In this document: positions 19,487 to 32,455 of the stretch, piece after piece
How the letters are laid out: each line of letters begins with the position of its first letter
How positions within the stretch are numbered: position 1 is the first letter of the stretch
Program-made: the position numbers and the translations under genes
From: Gammaproteobacteria bacterium
GTDB taxonomy: Bacteria; Pseudomonadota; Gammaproteobacteria; Eutrophobiales; Eutrophobiaceae
Direction: 5' to 3'
NCBI GenBank assembly: GCA_004297165.1
Contig: SCUJ01000011.1
Span: 128,095-192,094, forward strand
Length of the DNA: 64,000 bases
The notes under the pieces: model-generated
Database searches by the model: none
The model's input: the letters and a program-made list of their open reading frames with translations, nothing else
Told to the model about the DNA's origin: nothing

Positions 19487-20926
19487 ATGGAAACACATAT
19501 CCTCATTCTCATTGTCCTTGCGATCGTATTCGGCCTGTATATGGCCTGGGGGATCGGCGCCAACGACGTGGCCAATGCCATGGGCACCTCGGTCGGTTCC
19601 GGCGCGTTGACCCTGAAACGGGCGGTCATCATCGCCGCCGTGCTCGAGTTCAGCGGGGCCTTCCTCGCCGGCTCCCATGTTTCGGAAACGGTGCGCAGCG
19701 GGATCGTCGATCCTGAGGTCTTCGCGGGGGACAGCACCGTGTTCATGATCGGCATGCTGGCCGCCCTGCTCGGCGCCGGACTCTGGCTGCAACTCGCCTC
19801 CTGGAAGGGCTGGCCAGTCTCCACGACCCATTCCATCGTCGGTGCGATTGTCGGTTTCGGCGCCGTTTATGGAGGACTGGAGGCGGTCCGGTGGGGCGAG
19901 GTAGGCACCATCGCCGTGAGTTGGGTGATCTCCCCCCTGCTCAGCGGGGTCATTTCTTATTTCATCTTTCGCCTGGTCTTGCAGACGATCTTCTATAACA
20001 ATCGACCGCTGCAAGCGGCCAAGCGCCTGACCCCGCTGTTGGTGTTCTGCGTATTCTTCATCCTGACGCTCACCATGGTCTTCAAGGGCCTGAAAAACCT
20101 CAATCTCGATCTCAGTTTTCCGGAGGCCCTCGCCGTGGCGTCGGCGATCGGTCTCGCGGCCGCTCTCATCAGTCTCTGGCTGGTCTCCTTCGTGAAGGTC
20201 GAGCCGCGCCCTGCCGCCGAGGATGCCGCCCATATCGTCACCAATCCGAAACTCATCAAGGCCCTGGAAAAGGCAGCCAAACAACTGGAAAGGGTGAAAC
20301 TGGCCGTGCCGGACCGCCTCAAGGACGATGCCTCCGTGGCCCTGGAGGAGGTACGCCGGCTGCGGTTTGAGGCGCAACGGCATTACAGCTTCCACACCGA
20401 TTCCTCCGACCTGCAGAAGGTGGAACGGTTGTTCGTCTACCTCCAGATCCTGAGCGCCTGTTTCGTCGCCTTCGCCCATGGCTCGAACGATGTCGCCAAC
20501 GCCATCGGCCCCATGTCGGCGGTGATCTCGGTGGCCATGGAAGGGGGCAAGAGCGTCGCCGCCAAGGCCCCGGTGCCACTGTGGGTCCTGGCGCTCGGCG
20601 GCCTCGGCATCGTGGTGGGACTCGCGACCTGGGGCTGGCGCGTCATCGAGACGGTGGGCCGGAGGATCACGGAACTGACCCCCACCCGCGGGTTTTGCGC
20701 GGAATTCGGCACCGCGACCACCATCGTCCTTGCCACCAAACTGGGCCTGCCCATCTCCACCACGCATACCCTCGTGGGGGCGGTGCTCGGCGTGGGACTG
20801 GCCCGCGGCATCGGCGCCGTCAACCTCGTCACCGTGCGCGACATCATCCTCTCCTGGATTATCACCCTGCCTGCGGGCGCGGTGCTCGCGATACTGTGTT
20901 ACTACGTCCTGCGCATGTTGATCTGA
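19487..20926 (+). CDS. pit: Inorganic phosphate transporter, PiT (PHO4) family
   Basis: PiT signature GANDVANAMGTSVGS appears near the N-terminus and again as GSNDVANAIGP in the second half; multi-TM. Confidence 0.9.
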   Translation: METHILILIVLAIVFGLYMAWGIGANDVANAMGTSVGSGALTLKRAVIIAAVLEFSGAFLAGSHVSETVRSGIVDPEVFAGDSTVFMIGMLAALLGAGLWLQLASWKGWPVSTTHSIVGAIVGFGAVYGGLEAVRWGEVGTIAVSWVISPLLSGVISYFIFRLVLQTIFYNNRPLQAAKRLTPLLVFCVFFILTLTMVFKGLKNLNLDLSFPEALAVASAIGLAAALISLWLVSFVKVEPRPAAEDAAHIVTNPKLIKALEKAAKQLERVKLAVPDRLKDDASVALEEVRRLRFEAQRHYSFHTDSSDLQKVERLFVYLQILSACFVAFAHGSNDVANAIGPMSAVISVAMEGGKSVAAKAPVPLWVLALGGLGIVVGLATWGWRVIETVGRRITELTPTRGFCAEFGTATTIVLATKLGLPISTTHTLVGAVLGVGLARGIGAVNLVTVRDIILSWIITLPAGAVLAILCYYVLRMLI

Positions 20927-21060
20927 GACCTTTCGTTGTCCTACCTCAAACCGGGTATATTCACAGGAACCCAGCGACACGCTTAGACTAACGCCGTCCC
21001 AGGGGGCCACGACGGCCACGCTCGGGGACAAACCCACAAACCTTATATAAGGAGATAGAT

Positions 21061-21333
21061 ATGGAAATGTTCAAAAAACTTCTGCTGTCCCTGCTCCTCG
21101 GCTGTGCGCTCGCGATCAATGCGGCCGGGACGATTGACATCAACACCGCCGACAAGGAGACGCTCATGAGCATCAAGGGCATCGGCGAGAAGCGGGCCGA
21201 GGCCATCATCGCTTACCGCGAGGAACACGGTCCGTTTAAGTCCGTGGACGATCTCGCCGAGATCGAGGGCATAGGACCTGCCCTCATCGAGAGCAACCGC
21301 GAGATCCTCACGGTCGCAACCCCCGCAAACTGA
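21061..21333 (+). CDS. comEA: ComEA-family helix-hairpin-helix DNA-binding protein
   Basis: Signal peptide followed by IDINTADKETLMSIKGIGEKRAEAIIAYREEHGPFKSVDDLAEIEGIG (tandem HhH). Confidence 0.8.
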   Translation: MEMFKKLLLSLLLGCALAINAAGTIDINTADKETLMSIKGIGEKRAEAIIAYREEHGPFKSVDDLAEIEGIGPALIESNREILTVATPAN

Positions 21334-21344
21334 TACCGTACTTC

Positions 21345-21392
21345 GGGGAATGACGGCGGGGATTCTGCCCGATCGTCATTCCCCCGTTTTTA
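21345..21392 (+). terminator. Rho-independent terminator after comEA
   Basis: 11-bp perfect stem GGGGAATGACG...CGTCATTCCCC with a 19-nt loop, followed by CGTTTTTAT. Confidence 0.6.
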
Positions 21393-21438
21393 TCCCCCCG
21401 GATCGTCTTGTTCGGATTGTCCGCGCTGGGGTATCCTT

Positions 21439-21457
21439 CCCCCTCCCGTAAATCCGG
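21439..21457. repeat. Dispersed intergenic motif CCCCCTCCCGTAAATCCGG, copy 2 (see 17069..17088)
   Basis: Same 15-mer as at 17069; located between the comEA terminator and the leuS start. Confidence 0.6.
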
Positions 21458-21498
21458 CCCGGCCAAGACCGGACCGAACCCCCAGTGGAACCGTCTGC

Positions 21499-23943
<2,445 letters not shown>

Positions 23944-24009
23944 ACCTTGTCAGTTGCCGGCGATAACCGTATCCTGCCCCGACCGGGCGTCCAACACCGA
24001 GCCGAGACC

Positions 24010-24504
24010 ATGCGCGTACCTTATTCTCTTCTGATCCTCACCCTGCTGCTCTCCGCCTGCGGCTTTCAACTCCGCGGGGCCGGCGGCGTCACGGATGTGG
24101 ATCTTGGCGCGGTGCTCGTGCAATCGACGCGGGACAGCCAGATCGCCGACGCCGTCCGCGCGCAATTGCAACTCGCGGATGTTGCGCTCGTGGAGGATGC
24201 CGCCGAGGCCGAACTGATCCTGTCCCTGCACGGCGAACATTTCGACCGCACGGTGCAGAGCGTCGCCCCCGATACGGGCAAGGTCGAGGAATATCTGCTC
24301 ACCCTCGGGATCGACCTGTCCCTCACGGATCGGGATGCCCGCACCCTGATCGCGACGGAACACGTGAGTACGAGCCGCGACTATCCCTTCGACGAAAACG
24401 CCGCCCTCGGGATGTTCAGCCTGGAGGCGCGCATCCGCGAGGACCTCGCGCGGCAGCTCGCTGCCGGCATCATCCGGCGGGTCAACGCGGCCGCCCGGAA
24501 ATAG
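24010..24504 (+). CDS. lptE: LPS-assembly lipoprotein LptE
   Basis: Lipobox LLLSACGF right after the signal peptide; conserved leuS-lptE-holA order; start chosen at MRVPYSLL. Confidence 0.8.
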   Translation: MRVPYSLLILTLLLSACGFQLRGAGGVTDVDLGAVLVQSTRDSQIADAVRAQLQLADVALVEDAAEAELILSLHGEHFDRTVQSVAPDTGKVEEYLLTLGIDLSLTDRDARTLIATEHVSTSRDYPFDENAALGMFSLEARIREDLARQLAAGIIRRVNAAARK

Positions 24505-25539
24505 ATGCAACTGAAGCCCGAGCAACTGCCGCAACACCTGAAATCCAAGGGGCTCGCCCCGATCTATTGCCTCTCTGGCGATGAACCCCTGCAGATGCTG
24601 GAGGCCGCGGACCTCATCCGGGCCACGGCCAGGGCCGGGGGCATCGAGGAGCGAGTGGTCATGGACGTGGAGAAGGACTTCGACTGGAACCGCCTGCGCG
24701 AGGCCGGGGCCAATCTCTCCCTGTTCGCCCACCGTCGGTTGCTGGAGCTGCGCCTCGGCGACCAGAAACCCGGACGCGAGGGCGGCGCGGCGCTGGCGGA
24801 ATACGCCCAATCGCCGGACGAGGATGCCGTGCTGCTCATCGCCATGAGCAAGCTGGAAAAACAGGCGCAACAAACCGCCTGGTACGGCGCCATCGAGGCC
24901 GCCGGGGTCACGCTCCGGATCTGGCCGGTGGAGGCCGCCGGTCTGCCGCGCTGGATCGTGGATCGTGGCCGCCAGTATGGTCTCTCCATCAGCGAGGAGG
25001 CAGCCCGTTATCTCGCGGATCGCATCGAGGGCAATCTGCTGGCCGCGCGCCAGGAACTGGAAAAACTCCGTCTGCTCTCGGACAAAACGGAGATCGGGCT
25101 GGAAGACCTCGTCAACGCGGTGACGGACAGCGCCCGTTATGATGTCTTTGCCATGCTCAACGAGGCGTTGACGGGCCAGGCGGAACGTAGCCTGCGCATG
25201 TTGCGCGGACTGCGCCAGGAAGGCGCCGAACCGCTGGCCATACACGGCGCCTTGCTGTGGAAATTGCGCCAGGTCGTCCAGGTCGCCGCGGCCGAAACCG
25301 GCGGCATGAACCGCGGCCAGGCCCTCGGCAAATACAAGGTCTGGCAACAACACCAGAAATCCGTCGGCGCTACGATCGATCGCCTGGGCGCAGGCCGGGT
25401 TGCGCGGCTGTTGGCCGAGGCCCACCGGATCGAGCGGGTCATGAAAGGCGCGATCCGGGATGACCCCTGGAATCAACTGGAGAATTTTATCCTGCGGCTC
25501 GCCGGCCTGCGGATCAATCCGTTATTGCCGGCGAAATAA
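24505..25539 (+). CDS. holA: DNA polymerase III subunit delta
   Basis: 344 aa; N-terminus MQLKPEQLPQHLKSKGLAPIYCLSGDEPLQ parallels E. coli HolA; synteny. Confidence 0.8.
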   Translation: MQLKPEQLPQHLKSKGLAPIYCLSGDEPLQMLEAADLIRATARAGGIEERVVMDVEKDFDWNRLREAGANLSLFAHRRLLELRLGDQKPGREGGAALAEYAQSPDEDAVLLIAMSKLEKQAQQTAWYGAIEAAGVTLRIWPVEAAGLPRWIVDRGRQYGLSISEEAARYLADRIEGNLLAARQELEKLRLLSDKTEIGLEDLVNAVTDSARYDVFAMLNEALTGQAERSLRMLRGLRQEGAEPLAIHGALLWKLRQVVQVAAAETGGMNRGQALGKYKVWQQHQKSVGATIDRLGAGRVARLLAEAHRIERVMKGAIRDDPWNQLENFILRLAGLRINPLLPAK

Positions 25540-25697
25540 TGAACAATCTCCCTTCGCCCTCCGGGAGAAGGGTCGGGGATGAGGGAAACGAAAGATTCCC
25601 GCCGCGCCGGAAATGGCGGATAATCATGCGGGAAAACGCCACCTTATTACACTGAACCATGGGCCATAATCAGGCAATCATCTCCGTCCGGGACTAC

Positions 25698-26936
25698 ATG
25701 CAACAGACCGGCAGACAGGCGCGCGCCGCCTCCAGGCTGCTCGCTCGCGCCGCCACCCGGGCGAAGAACCAGGCGCTCGAAGTCACCGCGCAAACCATCC
25801 GCGAGCAGGCCGCCGCCCTGACCGCGGCCAATCGCCTCGATCTGGACGAGGCGCGCAGCGCCGGGCTCGACCCCGCCCTCATCGACCGGCTGGAACTGAC
25901 GCCGGTGAGGATAGAGGCCATGGCGGAGGGGCTCATGCAGATCGCCGCGCTTGCGGACCCGATAGGCGAGATCAGCGGCCTCAATTACCGCCCCACCGGC
26001 ATCCAGGTGGGCCGGATGCGCGTCCCGCTCGGGGTCGTGGGCATCATTTACGAATCCCGCCCCAACGTCACGGCGGATGCGGCGGGACTCTGCATCAAAT
26101 CCGGCAACGCCGCGATCCTGCGCGGCGGCTCGGAGGCGCTGCGTTCCAACCAGGCCATCGCCGCCTGCATCCGCGCGGGCCTCGCCGCAGCCGGTCTCCC
26201 CACGGACGCGGTACAGGTGGTCGAGACCGTCGATCGCGAGGCCGTCAGCGCCCTGCTCGGCATGCCGGAATACGTGGATGTGATCATCCCGAGGGGCGGC
26301 AAGGGACTCATCGAGCGCGTGAGCCGGGAGGCCCGCATGCCGGTCATCAAGCATCTGGACGGGATCTGCCACGTCTACATCGACGACAAGGCCGATCTCG
26401 AAAAGGCGGTGCGCGTGGTCTACAACGCCAAGACGCAGCGCTGCGGCACCTGCAACGCCATGGAGTGCCTGCTGGTCGCGGAAGGGATCGCCGAGACGGT
26501 GCTTCCCCGGCTCGGCCGGATGTACCAGGAGGCCGGCGTGGAGCTGCGCGGTTGCGAACGAACCCGCCGGATCCTGCCCGGCATCAAGGCCGCGACGGAC
26601 CAGGACTACGCCACCGAATATCTTGCGCTCATCCTCTCGGTCAAGGTCGTCCCGGGGCTCGAGGCCGCCATGGATCACATTGCCCGCTACGGCTCGCAAC
26701 ACACCGACGCGATCGTCACTGAAGATTTCACTCGCGCCCGGCGCTTCCTTACGGAGGTCGATTCCAGCTCGGTCATGGTGAACGCCTCGACCCGGTTTTC
26801 CGACGGCTTCGAATACGGACTCGGCGCCGAGGTCGGCATCAGCACCGACAAATTCCACGCCCGGGGACCCGTGGGTCTCGAGGGCCTGACCTCCCAGAAA
26901 TTCATCGTGCTCGGCGACGGACACATCCGCACCTGA
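25698..26936 (+). CDS. proA: Glutamate-5-semialdehyde dehydrogenase (gamma-glutamyl phosphate reductase)
   Basis: Aligns closely with E. coli ProA ([40 protein letters not shown]); start chosen at [12 protein letters not shown]; the ORF track begins 13 codons earlier at 25659. Confidence 0.9.
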   Translation: MQQTGRQARAASRLLARAATRAKNQALEVTAQTIREQAAALTAANRLDLDEARSAGLDPALIDRLELTPVRIEAMAEGLMQIAALADPIGEISGLNYRPTGIQVGRMRVPLGVVGIIYESRPNVTADAAGLCIKSGNAAILRGGSEALRSNQAIAACIRAGLAAAGLPTDAVQVVETVDREAVSALLGMPEYVDVIIPRGGKGLIERVSREARMPVIKHLDGICHVYIDDKADLEKAVRVVYNAKTQRCGTCNAMECLLVAEGIAETVLPRLGRMYQEAGVELRGCERTRRILPGIKAATDQDYATEYLALILSVKVVPGLEAAMDHIARYGSQHTDAIVTEDFTRARRFLTEVDSSSVMVNASTRFSDGFEYGLGAEVGISTDKFHARGPVGLEGLTSQKFIVLGDGHIRT

Positions 26937-26970
26937 TGCGAATCCCCAATCCCGACACCACGCGCCCCGG

Positions 26971-27639
26971 ATGAAGCCGCCCATCGGTCTCCTCGGCGGC
27001 ACCTTCGATCCCGTGCATCATGGCCATCTGCGGCTCGCGCTCGAGGCCAGGACCAACCTCGATCTGGCGGAGGTGCGCCTCGTCCCGGCCGCGGAACCGC
27101 CGCACCGGGAAACCCCGCAGGCCGCGCAGCATCACCGGCGCGCGATGCTGGAACTCGCCATCGCCGGCGTCCCCGGTTTGCGGCTGGATGCCCGCGAGAT
27201 CGAGCGGCCGGGCAAGTCCTACACCGTCGATACCGTCGCCAGTCTGCGCGCAGAGCTGCCCGATCAACCGCTGTGTCTGCTGGTCGGGAGGGACGCCTTC
27301 CTCGCCCTGCATACCTGGCGGCGCTGGCGGGAACTGCCCGAACTCGTACACATCGTTATCGTCGATCGACCCGGCGCCGCCGCCGTTATCGAGGATCGGG
27401 ACCTTGCTGAGATCTACGCGTCGCGTCGCGCCGACGACCCCGCCGCGCTGCATGAGACGCCCGCCGGCAGGATCTACCGCGCCGCGTGGCCTCTGCTGGA
27501 CATCTCCGCTTCCCGCGTCCGCGAACTGCTCGCCGCGGGCGGCGACATACGCTACCTGGTCCCGGACGCAGTCATTCAATACATACAGCAACAGCAACTT
27601 TACAAAGGAGCCCATGAACAGAAAACAAAACAAGATTAA
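26971..27639 (+). CDS. nadD: Nicotinate-nucleotide adenylyltransferase
   Basis: LLGGTFDPVHHGHL (HxGH nucleotidyltransferase motif); 222 aa; conserved nadD-rsfS-rlmH order. Confidence 0.9.
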   Translation: MKPPIGLLGGTFDPVHHGHLRLALEARTNLDLAEVRLVPAAEPPHRETPQAAQHHRRAMLELAIAGVPGLRLDAREIERPGKSYTVDTVASLRAELPDQPLCLLVGRDAFLALHTWRRWRELPELVHIVIVDRPGAAAVIEDRDLAEIYASRRADDPAALHETPAGRIYRAAWPLLDISASRVRELLAAGGDIRYLVPDAVIQYIQQQQLYKGAHEQKTKQD

Positions 27640-27970
27640 CAAGGCGCTGGTCAAGGCCCTGGATGACCTCAAGGCCATCGACATCCAGGTGCTCGATGTC
27701 AGCAAACTGACCACCATCACCGACACCATGATCATCGCCAGCGGCCGTTCCGACCGTCAGGTCAAGGCCCTGGCGGACAAGCTGCTGGAGACCGCCAAGG
27801 AACTCGGCCTCGCGCCACTCGGCATCGAAGGGGCGCAGAAAAGCGACTGGATCCTCGTCGATCTGGGCGACGTGGTCGCGCATCTCATGCACCCCACCGC
27901 CCGCGCCTATTATCAACTGGAAAAGCTCTGGACCGCGGCGGAACCCAATGCGGGCGTCGCCTCCACCTGA
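27614..27970 (+). CDS. rsfS: Ribosome silencing factor RsfS (Iojap)
   Basis: 119 aa read from the internal ATG of a longer track ORF, preceded by an AAAGGAG RBS; sequence ALDDLKAIDIQVLDVSKLTTITDTMIIASGRSDRQVKALADKL is RsfS-like. Confidence 0.85.
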   Translation: MNRKQNKINKALVKALDDLKAIDIQVLDVSKLTTITDTMIIASGRSDRQVKALADKLLETAKELGLAPLGIEGAQKSDWILVDLGDVVAHLMHPTARAYYQLEKLWTAAEPNAGVAST

Positions 27971-28440
27971 TGCAGATCAGTCTCGTCGCCGTCGGCCGCA
28001 AGGCCCCGGCCTGGATCAATGAAGGCTTCGAGTCCTATCGCAAACGCATCACGACGCCCTGTCGCCTGCGGCTGATCGAGGTCGAGGCGGTCCGGCGCAC
28101 CCCGGCGTTGAATACCCCCAAACTGCTCGCTCTCGAGGCGGATCGCATCCGCGCCGCGCTGCCCAAAGACATACACGTCATCGCGCTGGACGAACGCGGC
28201 CGGGAATTCGGCACCCGGGACCTCGCAGGAAGGATCGCCGAGTGGGCGCGTCTGGGGCAGGATGTGGCCTGTGTCATCGGCGGGGCGGATGGCCTCGATC
28301 GCGAATTTATCAAGGCCGCCGACGAGACCTGGTCGCTGTCCTGCCTCACCCTGCCGCATGCCCTGGTGAGGGTCCTGCTGGCCGAGCAGATCTACCGGGC
28401 CTGCGCGATCCTGCAGAATCATCCCTATCACCGGGAATGA
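27970..28440 (+). CDS. rlmH: 23S rRNA (pseudouridine1915-N3)-methyltransferase RlmH
   Basis: 156 aa; MQISLVAVGRKAPAWINEGFESYRKRI... is a SPOUT-class RlmH (YbeA) sequence. Confidence 0.9.
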   Translation: MQISLVAVGRKAPAWINEGFESYRKRITTPCRLRLIEVEAVRRTPALNTPKLLALEADRIRAALPKDIHVIALDERGREFGTRDLAGRIAEWARLGQDVACVIGGADGLDREFIKAADETWSLSCLTLPHALVRVLLAEQIYRACAILQNHPYHRE

Positions 28441-29012
28441 CCCGGACGATGCTTTATCTCGCCTCCAAATCGCCGCGCCGCCGGCAGTTGCTCGATCTCA
28501 TCACCCGCGAGTACAAGATACTCGCGGTGGACATACCGGAGGAGTGGGACGGCGTGGCCGATCCGGAGACTTATGTACAGAGGCTCGCGCTCGCCAAGGC
28601 AAGAGCCGGGGCCGCGCTCGTTACTGCCGATGATTCAGTCCTCGGTTCGGATACCGAGGTCGTGATCGATGGACGCATCCTGGGCAAGCCGCGCGATCGC
28701 AATGACGCCATCGCCATGCTCGGGATGTTGTCCGGAAGGACGCACGAAGTCTACACCGCGGTTGCCGTGGTTATTGGTTCGAACGAAGACACGCGGATAA
28801 ATCGCAACCGCATCACCTTCAGGACGATCGAACAACGGGAGTGCGAAAAGTACTGCGACACTGGAGAACCCTTCGGCAAGGCCGGGGCCTACGCCATCCA
28901 GGGTCTCGCCGCAGCCTTCATCACGCGGCTTGAAGGCAGTTATTCCGGTGTCATGGGCCTGCCGCTCGCGGAGACGCGGGAGTTGCTGGCGGGAATCATC
29001 CTCCGATCTTGA
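28437..29012 (+). CDS. maf: Maf-family nucleoside triphosphate pyrophosphatase
   Basis: MTRTMLYLASKSPRRRQLL... matches the Maf N-terminus (LASGSPRR); the ATG overlaps the rlmH stop (ATGA). Confidence 0.85.
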   Translation: MTRTMLYLASKSPRRRQLLDLITREYKILAVDIPEEWDGVADPETYVQRLALAKARAGAALVTADDSVLGSDTEVVIDGRILGKPRDRNDAIAMLGMLSGRTHEVYTAVAVVIGSNEDTRINRNRITFRTIEQRECEKYCDTGEPFGKAGAYAIQGLAAAFITRLEGSYSGVMGLPLAETRELLAGIILRS

Positions 29013-29022
29013 ATGCCTTCCC

Positions 29023-30108
29023 TCAGCGCTGCGTGGAGGTCTGCGCCGCTGACGGACAGCACTCCTCATATGGAACAACACCCTTGCGGCTTTCGTACCA
29101 GCCGCGCGTGCCATTGACCACCTTCACCGCCGCCAGCATCACGGGCACCTCGATCAGCACACCCACCACCGTCGCGAGAGCTGCGCCGGATTCGAATCCA
29201 AACAGGGCAATCGCGGTGGCGACCGCAAGTTCGAAGAAATTGCTCGCGCCGATCAACGCCGACGGTCCGGCCACGCAGTGCGGTGAACGCAACGCGCGGT
29301 TCAGCAGGTAGGCCATGCCAGCATTGAAAAAAACCTGCACCAGGATGGGCACGGCCAGCAACACGATAATGAGCGGCGCCGCGATGATCTGCCGTCCTTG
29401 AAAACCGAACAGCAGGATCAGCGTGGCAAGCAGCGCCCCGAGCGAGACAGGCCCAAGCCTGGCGATCACCCGTTGCAGTCGTTCAGCGCCGTCCGCGCTA
29501 CCGAGCAGGTTCCGCCGCCAGAAACCTGCCAGGGCCAGCGGGACCACGATATAAAGCAGCACGGACAGCAACAATGTATCCCACGGCACGACGATGGAAG
29601 AGAGACCGAGCAACAAAGCGACTATCGGCGCGAAGGCGAAGACCATGATCACGTCGTTCAGGGCCACCTGGGACAAGGTGAAATGCGGCTCGCCGCGCAT
29701 CAGATTGCTCCAGACAAAGACCATCGCCGTGCAGGGCGCCGCCGCGAGGATCACCAGGCCCGCGATATAGGAATCGATCTGCGCCGAGGGGAGCAGATCG
29801 CGAAATACCCCGCCGATGAACCACCAGCCGAACAGGGCCATAGTGAAGGGTTTGATGCACCAGTTCACGAACAGGGTGACCCCGACGCCGCGCCAGAAAC
29901 GGCCGACCCCACGAAGCTGCCGCAGATCGATCTTGATCAACATGGGGATGATCATCAACCAGACTAGCACTGCGACTGGCAGATTGATGTGGGCGATCTC
30001 GATGGCGGCAAGGAAATGAAATGCGCCGGGGAAGACTTGCCCGAGACCGATCCCCGCGAGGATGCAGGCGGCCACCCAGAGGGTGAGAAAGCGTTCGAAG
30101 ATGTTCAT
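29023..30108 (-). CDS. ACR3-family arsenite efflux transporter
   Basis: 361 aa, about 10 TM; N-terminus MNIFERFLTLWVAACILAGIGLG resembles ACR3 (LSFFERYLTVWV..); no adjacent arsR or arsC. Confidence 0.7.
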   Translation of the reverse strand: MNIFERFLTLWVAACILAGIGLGQVFPGAFHFLAAIEIAHINLPVAVLVWLMIIPMLIKIDLRQLRGVGRFWRGVGVTLFVNWCIKPFTMALFGWWFIGGVFRDLLPSAQIDSYIAGLVILAAAPCTAMVFVWSNLMRGEPHFTLSQVALNDVIMVFAFAPIVALLLGLSSIVVPWDTLLLSVLLYIVVPLALAGFWRRNLLGSADGAERLQRVIARLGPVSLGALLATLILLFGFQGRQIIAAPLIIVLLAVPILVQVFFNAGMAYLLNRALRSPHCVAGPSALIGASNFFELAVATAIALFGFESGAALATVVGVLIEVPVMLAAVKVVNGTRGWYESRKGVVPYEECCPSAAQTSTQR

Positions 30109-30214
30109 ATATCAGTATCCGCGGGATTGATGTTATTCAAGCCTATCATAAGGCATTTTAGCGGGTCTCAGCCCCCCGGTAATTCTGAACGGATACGGTA
30201 CGGGATAACGGCGG

Positions 30215-30243
30215 AAATAAAAAACGCGCCCGAAGGCGCGTTT
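30215..30243 (-). terminator. Rho-independent terminator downstream of hppA
   Basis: Minus-strand transcript reads AAACGCGCC-UUCG-GGCGCGUUU followed by UUUUUUAUUU. Confidence 0.65.
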
Positions 30244-30266
30244 AATATGTTACTTCAAGTAGGGAA

Positions 30267-32303
30267 TCAGGCGATCAAAGGAACGATCAACAGTGCCACG
30301 ATGTTGATGATCTTGATCAGCGGGTTCACTGCGGGACCGGCGGTGTCCTTGTAGGGGTCGCCGACCGTGTCGCCCGTCACCGCAGCCTTGTGGGCGTCCG
30401 AGCCCTTGCCGCCGAAGTTGCCGTCCTCGATGTATTTCTTGGCGTTGTCCCAGGCCCCGCCGCCGGTGGTCATGGAGATGGCCACAAACAACCCCGTGAC
30501 GATGGTCCCGACCAGCAACCCGCCCAGGGCCTGCGGCCCGAGGAAGAAGCCCACCAGTACTGGCACCAGGACCGGCAACAGCGAGGGAACCACCATCTCC
30601 TTGATGGCGGCCTTGGTCAGCATGTCCACGGCGCGGGAATAATCCGGCTTCGCCGTGCCTTCCATGATCCCCTTGATCTCGCGGAACTGGCGGCGCACCT
30701 CGACCACCACGGCCCCGGCCGCCCGGCCCACCGCCTCCATGCCCATGGCGGCAAAGAGGTAGGGCACGAGACCGCCGATGAAGAGGCCGATGATGACCTT
30801 GGGATCCGAGAGTAGGAACTCCACGCTGGTGCCCAGTTCCTCTTCCAGGGCGTGGGTGTAGTCCGCGAACAGGACCAGCGCGGCAAGACCCGCGGAGCCG
30901 ATCGCGTAACCCTTGGTCACGGCCTTGGTGGTATTGCCCACCGCATCCAGCGGATCGGTGATGCTGCGGATCTTTTCGTCCAGACCCGCCATCTCGGCGA
31001 TGCCGCCGGCGTTGTCGGTGATGGGACCGTAGGCATCCAGCGCCACGATGATCCCGGTCATCGAGAGCATGGAGGTCGCGGCGATGGCGATGCCGTACAA
31101 CCCGGCAAGTTCATGCGCGCCCCAGATGCTGGCGCAGACGCAGAGCACGGGACCCGCAGTGGACTTCATGGAGACGCCGATGCCGGCGATGATGTTGGTG
31201 GCATGCCCCGTCTCGGAGGCCTTGGCCACGTGCCGGACCGGAGAGAATTGGGTGCCGGTGTAATACTCGGTGATCCAGACGAGCGCCGCGGTCAGCGCGA
31301 GTCCGATCAGGGCGGTGTAGTAGATATGACGTGATAACACCTCGGTTCCGTCGATGGTGACGGATTCGCCCAGCAGGTGTGTGGTGGCTGGGTAGAAGGC
31401 GATCACGGCCAGCACGCCGGCCACGATGAGCCCCTTGTAGAGGGCGCCCATGATCCGTCCGCCTTCGCTGGTCTTCACGAAGAAAGAACCTATGATCGAG
31501 GCGATGATGGAGACGCCGCCGAGCAGCAGCGGATAGATGACGGCGTTGTCGCCTTCGCCGGTCACCACGAGGCTCCCGAGCAGCATGGTGGCGATCACAG
31601 TCACCGCGTAGGTCTCGAAGAGGTCCGCGGCCATGCCGGCGCAGTCGCCCACGTTGTCGCCGACGTTGTCGGCGATCACCGCCGGGTTGCGCGGGTCATC
31701 CTCGGGGATGCCGGCCTCGACCTTGCCCACGAGGTCCGCGCCCACATCCGCGCCCTTGGTAAAGATGCCGCCGCCGAGACGGGCGAAGATGGATATCAGC
31801 GAACCGCCGAAACCCAGTCCCACCAGGGCATGCAGCGTGTGCTTCATGTCAAAACCGGAATGCGTCAGGATCGTAAAATAGCCGGCGACGCCGATCAGGC
31901 CGAGTCCGACCACCAGCAGGCCGGTGATGGCCCCGCCGCGGAAGGCCACCTGCAGCGCGGCATTGATGCCCTTGTTGGCCGCTTCCGCGGTGCGCAGGTT
32001 CGAGCGTACGGAGATGTTCATGCCGATGTAACCCGCGGCGCCGGAGAGTACCGCCCCGATCAGGAAGCCGATGGCGGTGGCCCAGTCGAGTGCGTAGCCG
32101 AGGGCAAAGAACAGGACCGCGCCGACGATGCCGATGGTCTGGTACTGGCGGTTGAGGTAGGCCGAGGCCCCTTGCTGGATGGCCGCGGCGATCTCGCGCA
32201 TGCGCGCGTTGCCTTCCGGCTGCGCCAGGATCCAGCGCACGGACCAGACGCCATAGACAATGGCGAGGCCGCCGCAGAGCAGAGTGAATGTTAAAGCCGA
32301 CAT
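30267..32303 (-). CDS. hppA: Membrane-bound proton-translocating pyrophosphatase (H+-PPase)
   Basis: 678 aa, about 16 TM; signature motifs [18 protein letters not shown] and [21 protein letters not shown]. Confidence 0.95.
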   Translation of the reverse strand: MSALTFTLLCGGLAIVYGVWSVRWILAQPEGNARMREIAAAIQQGASAYLNRQYQTIGIVGAVLFFALGYALDWATAIGFLIGAVLSGAAGYIGMNISVRSNLRTAEAANKGINAALQVAFRGGAITGLLVVGLGLIGVAGYFTILTHSGFDMKHTLHALVGLGFGGSLISIFARLGGGIFTKGADVGADLVGKVEAGIPEDDPRNPAVIADNVGDNVGDCAGMAADLFETYAVTVIATMLLGSLVVTGEGDNAVIYPLLLGGVSIIASIIGSFFVKTSEGGRIMGALYKGLIVAGVLAVIAFYPATTHLLGESVTIDGTEVLSRHIYYTALIGLALTAALVWITEYYTGTQFSPVRHVAKASETGHATNIIAGIGVSMKSTAGPVLCVCASIWGAHELAGLYGIAIAATSMLSMTGIIVALDAYGPITDNAGGIAEMAGLDEKIRSITDPLDAVGNTTKAVTKGYAIGSAGLAALVLFADYTHALEEELGTSVEFLLSDPKVIIGLFIGGLVPYLFAAMGMEAVGRAAGAVVVEVRRQFREIKGIMEGTAKPDYSRAVDMLTKAAIKEMVVPSLLPVLVPVLVGFFLGPQALGGLLVGTIVTGLFVAISMTTGGGAWDNAKKYIEDGNFGGKGSDAHKAAVTGDTVGDPYKDTAGPAVNPLIKIINIVALLIVPLIA

Positions 32304-32455
32304 ATTCTAATTCTCCTGAAAATAAAAACCCGGGGCGGAGTGGCCCCGGGGAAAAATGCGGCGCAAATTGTACTGGTCAAGCCACTGAAAAACCAGCGTT
32401 AATAAGCGTTAAAAAGGGGCGGATTTAACTCCGCCCCCTAAATCCATCCTCAAAT

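Noticed and set aside
19427-21037. 536-aa minus-strand ORF
   Set aside because: Antisense to the PiT transporter gene; Gly/Asp/Arg-rich with low complexity and no recognisable domain.
23950-25476. 508-aa minus-strand ORF
   Set aside because: Antisense to lptE and holA, both supported by synteny and sequence; no motifs.
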